From Candidatus Latescibacterota bacterium (GTDB lineage Bacteria > Latescibacterota > UBA2968 > UBA8231), in the NCBI GenBank assembly GCA_965248265.1, contig CBDFJF010000001.1, positions 96,001-160,000 of the forward strand: a stretch of 64,000 nucleotides of DNA, given 5' to 3'. The notes under the pieces were generated by a model. The model was not told the DNA's origin and ran no database searches. It saw nothing but the letters and a program-made list of their open reading frames with translations. Made by a program: the position numbers and the translations under genes. Positions 56,623-64,000 of this stretch are shown piece by piece (within the stretch, counting starts at the first letter, position 1; each line of letters begins with the position of its first letter).

Positions 56623-58713
56623 ATGAGTGCCGCTCTGCGTTGCCTGCTCCTGCTTGCGCTCCTCTTTTCCCTGCCGCGATCCGGGTCTGCGCTGGAGACC
56701 TTCACAACCGGAGAGGGCGGACAGCTCGACTGGCACGGTGAAGGAATCGCGCCGATCGACATCATCGCTGCGGTGCATCGCGATTTCCTCAATCGCCGCA
56801 CAAGGGGTCGCGACAGCCTCGTGGTGGGAAATGCGCCCGGGAACCTGATCGGATTCGACACAGCGGATTCCCCGAATGCCGTTCACATCCTGCGCATCGG
56901 GGATGGTGAGAACATCGCCCTCGGCACAATTGAGCGACGTGGCAGTATTCGGTCACCCAATGTCGCCTTTCTTCCGCCAGGCACGCTCGAGGAGCTCATT
57001 TCGGACGAGCCGGAGGGGCTGTTGGAGGCGTTCGAACGCAAGAGTCCCGAAAACCCTCTGGGCATTATCATCTTTCTCGACCTCGGGGCGCGCTTGGGCG
57101 TCGAGAAAATCCGCTTTTATCCCCGCAACACCATGCACTCATCCCCAACCACTCCCTTCGAGATCGACTTCCTGCGGGCTTTCGACCTATCCGTCAACGA
57201 CGGGATCACCCTGACGAAAAGCGGGAGTCCGATTTGGGGTGTGCCTCTGGTGTCGGAAGAAGACAACCAGGATGCCGTTGTGGTGGTGGAGCTGGACCCA
57301 CCAAGGGTGATCCGACACATACGCCTCATCTCTCGCTCGCCCGTCGACTTCGAGATCGACGAGCTCGAAGTGATCGGCAAGGGCTTCCTGCCTTCTGCTC
57401 GCTACATCTCCGATATCTTCGATGCCGGACTTCCCGTTGTGTGGGGAAACCTGCGCTGGACTGAAACCGTGATCGGCGATCCCAGGTACTCCAGGCTGGC
57501 AATTCGGACGCGTACCGGAAGCGATTCCTCCTACTTCGTCTACAACCGCAAGCGGGTCGGCGATCCACTGGCTCCAGAGATAGCCACCTCCGTGCAGGAC
57601 CCGATGCGTGAAATGGATCTGGCCGAGTATCTGGGCCATTGGCCGCAGCGCGACAGCAGAAACCGCGACTGGACAGCCGGTTCCGTGACCGACGATCAGG
57701 TCAACTGGAGTGGGTTCAGCGCCCCTTTCCCGGAGCATGCTGCCAACGGGCCCGGGCTGCCCGTGCGCTCTCCCAGTCCCCGTCAATACTTCCAGTTTCA
57801 GGTTGACTTTCTCAGCAGCGATCTGGAGGCCACCCGCGTTCTTCGGTCCGTCTCCCTTGATCTGCTGAGGCCGTCCATGGCCGATTCCCTCATCGCCGAG
57901 ATCTACCCGCGAGAGGTCGAGGTGTCCGAGGTCGCTTCCTTCACCTATGCCGTGCGCACGTGCATGCGGATCGACGGCGTCCTCGGTTTCGACATCATCG
58001 AGGTCCGCACACCCGCCAGAGTGCACAGCATCGATGCGGTGAGCATATCAGATTCGAACGGAGAACCTGTAGCGGCCCGCGAGTTCGCCGGTATCGACGA
58101 TCCCTCCACAACCGCCGGAATTGCGATCCTCTCGGTGGCTGAAGACCGGTTCAGTCTCAGCCTTCCCCCTGTCCGGGAAGACGACACGCTCATACTGATT
58201 CAATTCAGCGCCGAGGTCCTGACCTATAGCACGACCTTTGCCGGATCGGTCAGACTCACCGACGAGCCGGACATCGCGCAGGCTGTCACCTCGGGGGATG
58301 CGACATCTCTTGGAGAGGACGATGATCCCGACTTTTCCGGCACGACGGTTCTGAGTCCTCTTGTGCTGACGGGGGGACAGTTGCTCGGCCAGTTGTTCGA
58401 CGATGTGGAGCTGGCGCCCAATCCCTTCACACCGAATGGGGACGGTGTCAACGACGAGCTTTCATTGCGCTACAGCCTGCTTTCTCTTGCAGCCGCCCGT
58501 CCCGTCGGTATCAGCGTCCACGATTTGAGCGGCCGACTCGTACGAGTCATTCACGACGGCCCCGAGCGCAGCGGCCGTTACCGCGACAAGACCTGGGATG
58601 GACTGGATGCCTGGGGTCAGCTGGTCCCGCCGGGACTGTACATCGTGCGAATCTCGGTGGCAGGAGACGCCCTTGCAGAGGAACAAGCCCGGGTAGTAGC
58701 GGTCACGTATTGA
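56623..58713 (+). CDS. Exported protein with C-terminal CHU_C-like/FlgD-Ig domain (paralogue of 37439..39625)
   Basis: Signal peptide; KIRFYPR, SDIFDAG..VWGNLRW, IRTRTG, PNPFTPNGDGVND...VHDLSG...WDGLD..G.LVPPGLYI...VAVTY. Confidence 0.88.
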   Translation: MSAALRCLLLLALLFSLPRSGSALETFTTGEGGQLDWHGEGIAPIDIIAAVHRDFLNRRTRGRDSLVVGNAPGNLIGFDTADSPNAVHILRIGDGENIALGTIERRGSIRSPNVAFLPPGTLEELISDEPEGLLEAFERKSPENPLGIIIFLDLGARLGVEKIRFYPRNTMHSSPTTPFEIDFLRAFDLSVNDGITLTKSGSPIWGVPLVSEEDNQDAVVVVELDPPRVIRHIRLISRSPVDFEIDELEVIGKGFLPSARYISDIFDAGLPVVWGNLRWTETVIGDPRYSRLAIRTRTGSDSSYFVYNRKRVGDPLAPEIATSVQDPMREMDLAEYLGHWPQRDSRNRDWTAGSVTDDQVNWSGFSAPFPEHAANGPGLPVRSPSPRQYFQFQVDFLSSDLEATRVLRSVSLDLLRPSMADSLIAEIYPREVEVSEVASFTYAVRTCMRIDGVLGFDIIEVRTPARVHSIDAVSISDSNGEPVAAREFAGIDDPSTTAGIAILSVAEDRFSLSLPPVREDDTLILIQFSAEVLTYSTTFAGSVRLTDEPDIAQAVTSGDATSLGEDDDPDFSGTTVLSPLVLTGGQLLGQLFDDVELAPNPFTPNGDGVNDELSLRYSLLSLAAARPVGISVHDLSGRLVRVIHDGPERSGRYRDKTWDGLDAWGQLVPPGLYIVRISVAGDALAEEQARVVAVTY

Positions 58714-58723
58714 ACAAGGCCGA

Positions 58724-59030
58724 TGTATAGCGCTCTATGGTTTTCTTGGACACTTTAGGAGTTGAAGGGCGCTCGTTGAAAGCAGGGGTCGATGTTGCGT
58801 CTCCTGCCCCGGTGGGGACCTTGAGCTGGTGTCCCGAGAGTTGGGTGTGACGGCGGCGACCCTGAGTGGTTGGCGGGAGCAGGTCCTTGGGTCATCACCG
58901 AAGGGCCCGACGAGATGTGGGGCACCGACATGGTCACCACCGTGACCTCCCAGGAGGGCACGGGCACGGCCTTCGTCACCCGTCGACCACTGTAGCTCGG
59001 AGCGCATCGGCATCCATGCAGCGTCCACAC
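58724..59030 (+). mobile_element. Internally deleted IS3-family element
   Basis: IR-like TGTATAGCGCTCTATGGTTTTCTTGGACAC (58724-58753); OrfA-like LELVSRELGVTAATLSGWREQ fused to integrase-core ITEGPDEMWGTD...VDH...IGIHA. Confidence 0.65.
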
Positions 59031-59034
59031 GCGC

Positions 59035-59748
59035 TCAGGGTGTTCTCTTGAAGTAGGCTTCCCATTCTTCCAGCGGTTCAAAGCCCAGAATCCTTTTGGC
59101 CTTGTCTATGCAAAATTTCCCGTGGCCTACATAACTCAGCATGTTGAAGGCCTGGAAGTTGTCGGGCACCGACTCGATCTCCAGGGCTAGCCGACAGGCG
59201 TGCTGCAAGTCTTCCCAGAGGATCCAAAAGGTCTGGAAGTCTTCCCCGGATATCTTTTTCGTGGGTTTGGGGCCCAGGCCGGCAAAGAGAAAGCAGATGG
59301 TTTGTATGCCATACGCGCGAGCGTAGATTTGGCAAATCTCCATGCTGAGCAACTTGGTTAGCTTGTAGTATCCGGTCCCTGCCGCTGGGGGTACATCGAC
59401 GATGTCAAAATCGTGCTCATAGGCTGGGAGAACCAACATCGGACCGGTGTGGATGACCTTTTTGATGCCGTGCTCAGCCGCGGCCTTCATGACGTGCCAG
59501 GCGCCCTGGGTATTGACGTGGAAGCTCTGCACCGGATCATGGCGGACCACGGTGAAGTTCATGATGGCATCCATGCCGCGGGCAGCTTCGAAGACCTGCT
59601 CATAAGAGGCAATATCCACCGTAGTAACGGGCTTGCCCTTTGGGTTAGGTTTGATATCGGCCAGACGGAGATCGTAGTATGGTTCCAGGCCCGGAAGCAG
59701 ATATGGGGCGATCAGGCCAGAGGCTCCGAGAAGTAGGACTTTTTTCAT
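59035..59748 (-). CDS. NAD(P)-dependent epimerase/dehydratase, close paralogue of 27305..28021
   Basis: MKKVLLLGASGL...GLEPYYDLRLADIKP...EAARGMDAIMNFTVVR shared; YKLTK. Confidence 0.88.
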   Translation of the reverse strand: MKKVLLLGASGLIAPYLLPGLEPYYDLRLADIKPNPKGKPVTTVDIASYEQVFEAARGMDAIMNFTVVRHDPVQSFHVNTQGAWHVMKAAAEHGIKKVIHTGPMLVLPAYEHDFDIVDVPPAAGTGYYKLTKLLSMEICQIYARAYGIQTICFLFAGLGPKPTKKISGEDFQTFWILWEDLQHACRLALEIESVPDNFQAFNMLSYVGHGKFCIDKAKRILGFEPLEEWEAYFKRTP

Positions 59749-60061
59749 GATATCCTCAACCTTTTGAGGTTGGCTTTTTTATCGTTCAGAACCAGTTTGT
59801 CCAATTATGACGCCGCATGCCACCGGTGTCTGTGTGTGGGCGAGACCCCGCTCGACGAACTCGGCGCAGCGCTTCTATAGACGTTGGCTGGGAGGGACTG
59901 CGCATACGACGTGGCTCGACGATCGGGCCAGGGATGCCGTCGGAATGAACAGCCTGTCCTGCGTGGAGCGACCTGCAGAACCCAGCTCAGGCGCATCGGC
60001 GTAGAGCGCTACGAAGAGCTTTGCAACACCGCGTACCAGCGCGCCAAGTAGTGCGGGCGCC

Positions 60062-60414
60062 TCACGCGCAGCTCGCACGGTTTCGCGATGAGGGCGGCCA
60101 AGCGGCCGCCCTTCTTGGGTCGCGCGCCTGGGCCGCCTGCAGCACATTCCAGGTGGAAATCGTATTGACGCGAAAAACCGCGTTGGGGCTGGCATGCGGG
60201 CTGGCGCGTGCCAGGTGCACTACCGCGTCGACACCCTCGAGGGAGTACAGCGTCTCGGCGTAGTCGGTGACGTCGGCCTGCCGGTAGTGGGGACTGGGCG
60301 GCTCCGCCCGGGCGGGGAGGTCCACGCCGATCACCTCGTGATCCGCCGCGACCAGCTCTGGGAAAATCCTGCGGCCGGCGCGCCCCCCACCACACCGGTT
60401 ACCGCTACGCGCAT
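60062..60414 (-). pseudogene. Frameshifted, truncated SDR (epimerase) N-terminal half
   Basis: AGGAG RBS, MRVAVTG / frameshift / ...QADVTDYAET...DAVVHLA...VFRVNTISTWNVLQAA. Confidence 0.65.
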
Positions 60415-60460
60415 CGTCTGCGCTCCTGGTGTGCCGGGCGGCGCCTGGGGCGTAGGTCGG

Positions 60461-60625
60461 TCATCTCGGTGCGAGCGGCCTTTCGGTCGCGGCCGGCGCC
60501 AGCGTGTTGACCGCCTGCGTCAGAGCCTGCATGTAGCCGATAGAGTAGCCAAGGCTTGCTCGCTCGCCGCCCGCGCCGGTCATACTCGGGACGTGGTCCG
60601 GGATGGCGCAGCCGTCGAATCCGAC
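60461..60625 (-). pseudogene. uxuA: C-terminal fragment of mannonate dehydratase-like protein
   Basis: Hand translation VGFDGCAIPDHVPSM...GYSIGYMQAL...*, matching the UxuA C-terminal PDHxP...GY.xAL motif. Confidence 0.6.
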
Positions 60626-60655
60626 CTAGCGCCGCCATCACCAGCCAGGCCAGTG

Positions 60656-60704
60656 AAATAAAGAAACCCCTGTCTCACTCCCGCCTTCGGGAACGAAACA
60701 GGGG
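60656..60704 (-). terminator. Probable intrinsic terminator downstream of 60775..61713
   Basis: Minus strand ACCCCTGTTTC...GAGACAGGGGT stem followed by TTCTTTATTT. Confidence 0.55.
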
Positions 60705-60774
60705 TCGGTTGTCAGCGAAAAACAGCAGGATCGGAGAGACCTGCGTTTTTCCAGAATCCGACGATCTTATCGAT

Positions 60775-61713
60775 TCATATGCCGGCCTTGATAGTGCCCC
60801 AGGTCTTGTCCTGGATCACCGTAAAAATATCCGGCTCCAACGGCGCTAATGCAAAATCGGTTTTGGGAGGGTTGTCCGGTCCGGGAGAAATTGACCAGAT
60901 GCCACTGTATAACGACTCCCAGGTTTTCCCACCAGCCGCTTTTATCTTGGGGTCCCTGTCTGGCATCATGATGTTTATGTGGTAGATATCCCCCTCCACG
61001 AGATCCACGAGTGGGGGGAGTGGTGAAGGCGGATCTCCTGAGGGTGTGGGTTCAAAATGATGATAGGACAGCTCGTAGTAGTAGGTCGACTCGCCGAACA
61101 TTTCGCCGTCGAAACTCCAGCCGAACTCCCAAATCTCCGTGTTCCCCTCTTGCAGAAAATCTGCAGCAGTTGACCACGGAAAAAAATCGAAATACCCGGT
61201 AATGCCTACCGACCCACCCTCGATGGGGGGAACTGCGATGAGGAAATGCGAGAGGTTTAAGTCCCCATCGGTGGCGCCCTCGTTCATGTCCTCCCACGGA
61301 ATGTTGGTTGCCACGCGGACTTCCCAGTCGTCGTCATCCCACAAGCAATTGCTCTCGGAGTCCCGGTCGTGTTCGTCGTCAAATACCAAGGTCGCGAAAT
61401 AGAGCCGGTCAGTGTTGTCATTCCACCCGATGCGGTGGCGTATGAACATGTCGTCCGGGTCGATCTCACCCCGTGGCGTCCCAGCATCGCCCAGCGGCCC
61501 AACATCAAATACCTGGAAAAGCAACGGGTTGGTGATCTCGTAAGTCGGCGGCACGATATCCCATTCCGAGAGGTCCCCATCAATCTGGGGAATTGCCCCA
61601 TCCGGCCACTGGAAGACGAAGTTGACCTCACCTGGTGGGGCGTGGGCCTTCGCCATTCCCGCCATACCAACTACGAGAAGCGCTGTCATACCCAGCAAAC
61701 TAATTCTTCTCAT
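60775..61713 (-). CDS. Exported DOMON/CBM9-like acidic protein with C-terminal TWGxIK tail
   Basis: AGGAGG RBS; signal peptide ending AKA-H; PQIDGDLSEW, GWNDNTDRLYF, YYYEL; ends TVIQDKTWGTIKAGI. Confidence 0.8.
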   Translation of the reverse strand: MRRISLLGMTALLVVGMAGMAKAHAPPGEVNFVFQWPDGAIPQIDGDLSEWDIVPPTYEITNPLLFQVFDVGPLGDAGTPRGEIDPDDMFIRHRIGWNDNTDRLYFATLVFDDEHDRDSESNCLWDDDDWEVRVATNIPWEDMNEGATDGDLNLSHFLIAVPPIEGGSVGITGYFDFFPWSTAADFLQEGNTEIWEFGWSFDGEMFGESTYYYELSYHHFEPTPSGDPPSPLPPLVDLVEGDIYHINIMMPDRDPKIKAAGGKTWESLYSGIWSISPGPDNPPKTDFALAPLEPDIFTVIQDKTWGTIKAGI

Positions 61714-61788
61714 CAGATGACCTCCTGGGACTGCGACGTCCCTTACAAGTGACCCTCTTGTCTGCTTACTTAATCTTAATAGGTAGTC

Positions 61789-61817
61789 AATGTATTGAGC
61801 GGCTTGCGCGAAGTCAA
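61789..61817 (-). promoter_or_regulatory. Sigma70-like promoter for the 61713 gene
   Basis: Minus strand TTGACT-N17-TACATT, about 75 bp upstream of ATG. Confidence 0.5.
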
Positions 61818-62100
61818 CAGGTTTGTCCTGGAACAACCTGCATGTCTCTGTTTTTGAATGAGTTATTCGTGCCATCCTGACGATGCCCATATCGCGTACC
61901 TATGGCCTGCGCGGAGGGATAAGTCCCCCGAATCGTGGCCTTGTGTCGTACAGCGCAACGGCGGCGGTCCGGTAAGACCGGGCGATGCCCCGTGCTGGCC
62001 GCAAGGAGAAAGAGCTGACCAAATCCGCGGCCCCGCCGTATGTTTGGGATGGATGGGGTGCTGGGGCGAGGCGGAGTCATCCTGACTGCGGGGAGCGTCT

Positions 62101-62319
62101 ATGGGTACCGAGAATGGAGGCGTGCGTGTGGCCGGCCGATGTTTCAGCCCGCGGGAGCTGGGCGTGGTCGCGCGGGTGGTCGCCGACGGGGAGGGGTTGA
62201 GCCGCACGCAGTTGATGGATCGGGTGTGCCAGCGCTTGGACTGGCGTCGGCCCACGGGCGCTTGCAAGATCCGGGAGTGTCGCACCGGCGGCATGGGTAT
62301 GCGCCGAAGCGGGTGCTGA
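62101..62319 (+). pseudogene. N-terminal fragment of a DUF4338-type IS-associated protein
   Basis: VAGRCFSPREL...GLSRTQLMDRVCQRLDWRRPTG..K...CR; truncated. Confidence 0.55.
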
Positions 62320-62332
62320 GGAATCATCTACG

Positions 62333-63250
62333 ATGATCGATATCCAGCTTCAACCGCAGGACTTCAAGGCCGTCGTCACCGTCGACGGTGAGCTGTTCAC
62401 GGCGTACCGCTACGGCCACTTCGTGTGCAGGCCCTACTTCTACCCGGTACTGACCCCTGGCGGCCAACGCCTCACGCGCGGGTACCCGACAGAGGAAATC
62501 GAGGGGGAAACCGATGACCACTATCACCACCGGAGCATCTACACGGCCCACGAGATGGTCAATGGATTCGATCTATGGGGAGAAGGTCACGGCCATGGCG
62601 CCATGCTGCAGCGGGGCGAACCGGTTGTGGGACTCGCCGGAGACGCCGCCGCCATCGACGGGATCGTGGACTGGTTCGGCCCCGAGGGACAGCGCCTGCT
62701 GGAGGAACGACGCACCATACGTATACGCGCAGTCGGCGATCTGCGAGTGATGGACCAGAGGAACGAGCTCAGGGCGAGATACGGGGACGTGACCCTGGGC
62801 GATACCAAGGACGCAGGGCTGCTGTCCCTGCGGGTGGCGACTTCGATGGACGCCACCGGCGATGGCCGCATCGAGAACTCGGAGGGTGTGGTCTTCGACA
62901 GCGGCCGTGGCGAGGAGGTGACATGGGGAAAGCGCGCTGCCTGGTGTGACTACTCCGGCGCCCTGGCGAACGGGGAGGAGTGGGGCCACACCATGGTCGA
63001 CCATCCGAAAAACCCCCGCTACCCCACCTACTGGATGGTCCGCGGCTACGGTCTGTTCACGGCGAATCCCTTCGGCGTCTCCCGCTTCGAGGCCGACGAC
63101 AGCATCGACGAGAGCATGACGATTTCAGCCGGCGACAGCGTGGTGTTCTGCTATCGCCTCATCATCCATCCAGGCCGCGGTCCCGGGGATCCGAAGGTAT
63201 CGGAGTTGGTCGAGGAGTTTGGGAAAGAGGGTTTCGTGATCCAGCTGTGA
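62333..63250 (+). CDS. PmoA-family/DUF6807 beta-sandwich protein
   Basis: RPYFYPVLTPGG, DHYHHRSI, AAWCDYSG, DHPKNPRYPTYWMVRGYGLFTANPFG. Confidence 0.85.
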   Translation: MIDIQLQPQDFKAVVTVDGELFTAYRYGHFVCRPYFYPVLTPGGQRLTRGYPTEEIEGETDDHYHHRSIYTAHEMVNGFDLWGEGHGHGAMLQRGEPVVGLAGDAAAIDGIVDWFGPEGQRLLEERRTIRIRAVGDLRVMDQRNELRARYGDVTLGDTKDAGLLSLRVATSMDATGDGRIENSEGVVFDSGRGEEVTWGKRAAWCDYSGALANGEEWGHTMVDHPKNPRYPTYWMVRGYGLFTANPFGVSRFEADDSIDESMTISAGDSVVFCYRLIIHPGRGPGDPKVSELVEEFGKEGFVIQL

Positions 63251-63392
63251 TCGGGGTCCGGGTCGTCGTAGAGAGTGCTGGCGTAGGTGAGGTGATTGCC
63301 CTCCCAGGGGCGATCCGGCACCAGCGTCGGCTCCGATTTCTCGGCTTCCTGCACCGCCAGCCGAACTCCCTGCTCATCGTCATGGCAACCTT

Positions 63393-63869
63393 TCGGACTG
63401 ATCAATAAACGACGGAGAGAGTGCCGATTTGCGCGTCGTCTGTGGCGGCGTCCAGCGCCAGTCGGTACACATAGATCCCGGGGGGGACGAGCCGCCCGGC
63501 GGTGTCCCGGCCATTCCACCTGAAGTCATCCTGGCCGCTTGTGGACAGATTGGGTGGGAACTCTCTTATCCGCGTGCCGGCGAGGTCGAAGATCACCAGT
63601 GATACCGGGCTGTCCTCCGTCACGTCGCGAGGCCCGTACGAAATGATGGCCGTGTCATTGATGCCATCCTCGTTCGGCGTGAGGGGATTGGGGAACACAT
63701 CGATCTCCACCAACAGGTCGCCACCCACGAGGGTCGTCACGCTCAGGGTGTTGCTGGAAAACCGGTAGGTCGCGTCTCCCGGTTCGACTCGCTGTTTGAC
63801 CTGGCCCGGATCCGTGCTGTTGGACACCCATCCTCTGAATTCGGTGCCGAAACGCAGCACCGCAACGTC
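63393..63869 (-). pseudogene. Detached copy of the 3' end (C-terminal domain) of gene 37439..39625; repeat copy B
   Basis: Encodes AVLRFGTEFRG...NPLTPNEDGIND...QIGTLSVVY; similarity stops abruptly at 63869; no signal peptide or N-terminal region. Confidence 0.85.
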
Positions 63870-64000
63870 AGATAGAAGACCCACAGGGGTACCTGCACGA
63901 TCGGAAAGGAGAGTTGCTCTCCTTCTTCAACACCCCTGCCGCCATCGTCCTCAGCCGTGTTCGAGCGCCGCCAGGCGCGCTCAAGCGTGTCAGCTACGGC

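Noticed and set aside
59800-60060. Short ORFs on both strands
   Set aside because: No recognisable motif or RBS; probably another remnant but not assignable
62101-62319. Druantia anti-phage system
   Set aside because: Only a 72-codon N-terminal DUF4338-like scrap; no DruE helicase or other dru genes
62333-63250. Particulate methane monooxygenase
   Set aside because: The PmoA-family label refers to a soluble beta-sandwich family; no TM helices and no pmoBC
63393-63869. DGR template/variable repeat pair with 37430..37906
   Set aside because: Substitutions involve all four bases rather than adenines only, the repeat is long for a TR, and no reverse transcriptase or Avd gene is in the window
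1-64000. CRISPR array, rRNA or tRNA genes
   Set aside because: No regularly spaced 23-47-bp repeats or recognisable tRNA/rRNA motifs seen by eye; tRNAscan and Infernal were not run

Overview
GC-rich bacterial DNA with no rRNA, tRNA or CRISPR array visible. The gene families present (several proteins ending in a FlgD-Ig/CHU_C-like domain, DUF6785-type membrane protein, PmoA/DUF6807 protein, a C-terminal TWGxIK tail) suggest an FCB-group candidate phylum such as Latescibacterota; this is inference only. 1-24 kb holds housekeeping, metal-handling and metabolic genes: CDF, nudC, nth, chrA, TauD-like, a His/Met-rich EF-hand protein, NTT, ABC/TolC/Skp, yaaA, an acoABC(variant)X cluster and an atypical GH32. 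24.5-34.6 kb is a plus-strand cluster: transglutaminase-like protein, two SDRs, GH42-like protein, DUF6785-like transporter, a MITE and an FG-GAP protein. 34.7-54.9 kb is a co-directional minus-strand block and the best candidate for an undescribed system. It encodes a double-rotamase PPIase lipoprotein, two large exported proteins with an NPFxPNGDGxND/FlgD-Ig C-terminal domain, a putative Asp-rich outer-membrane protein, TPR and CRTAC1/ASPIC proteins, and has a fused MFS/spermidine-synthase-like gene at each end, one of them an AT-rich insert next to an IS481-like end. 55-64 kb is a mosaic of decayed mobile elements (IS481, RIT recombinases, IS3, DUF4338) and gene fragments, with a third intact C-terminal-domain protein and a 477-bp near-identical copy of the 3' end of the 37.4-kb gene. 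All product calls come from motif recognition by eye; no searches were run.
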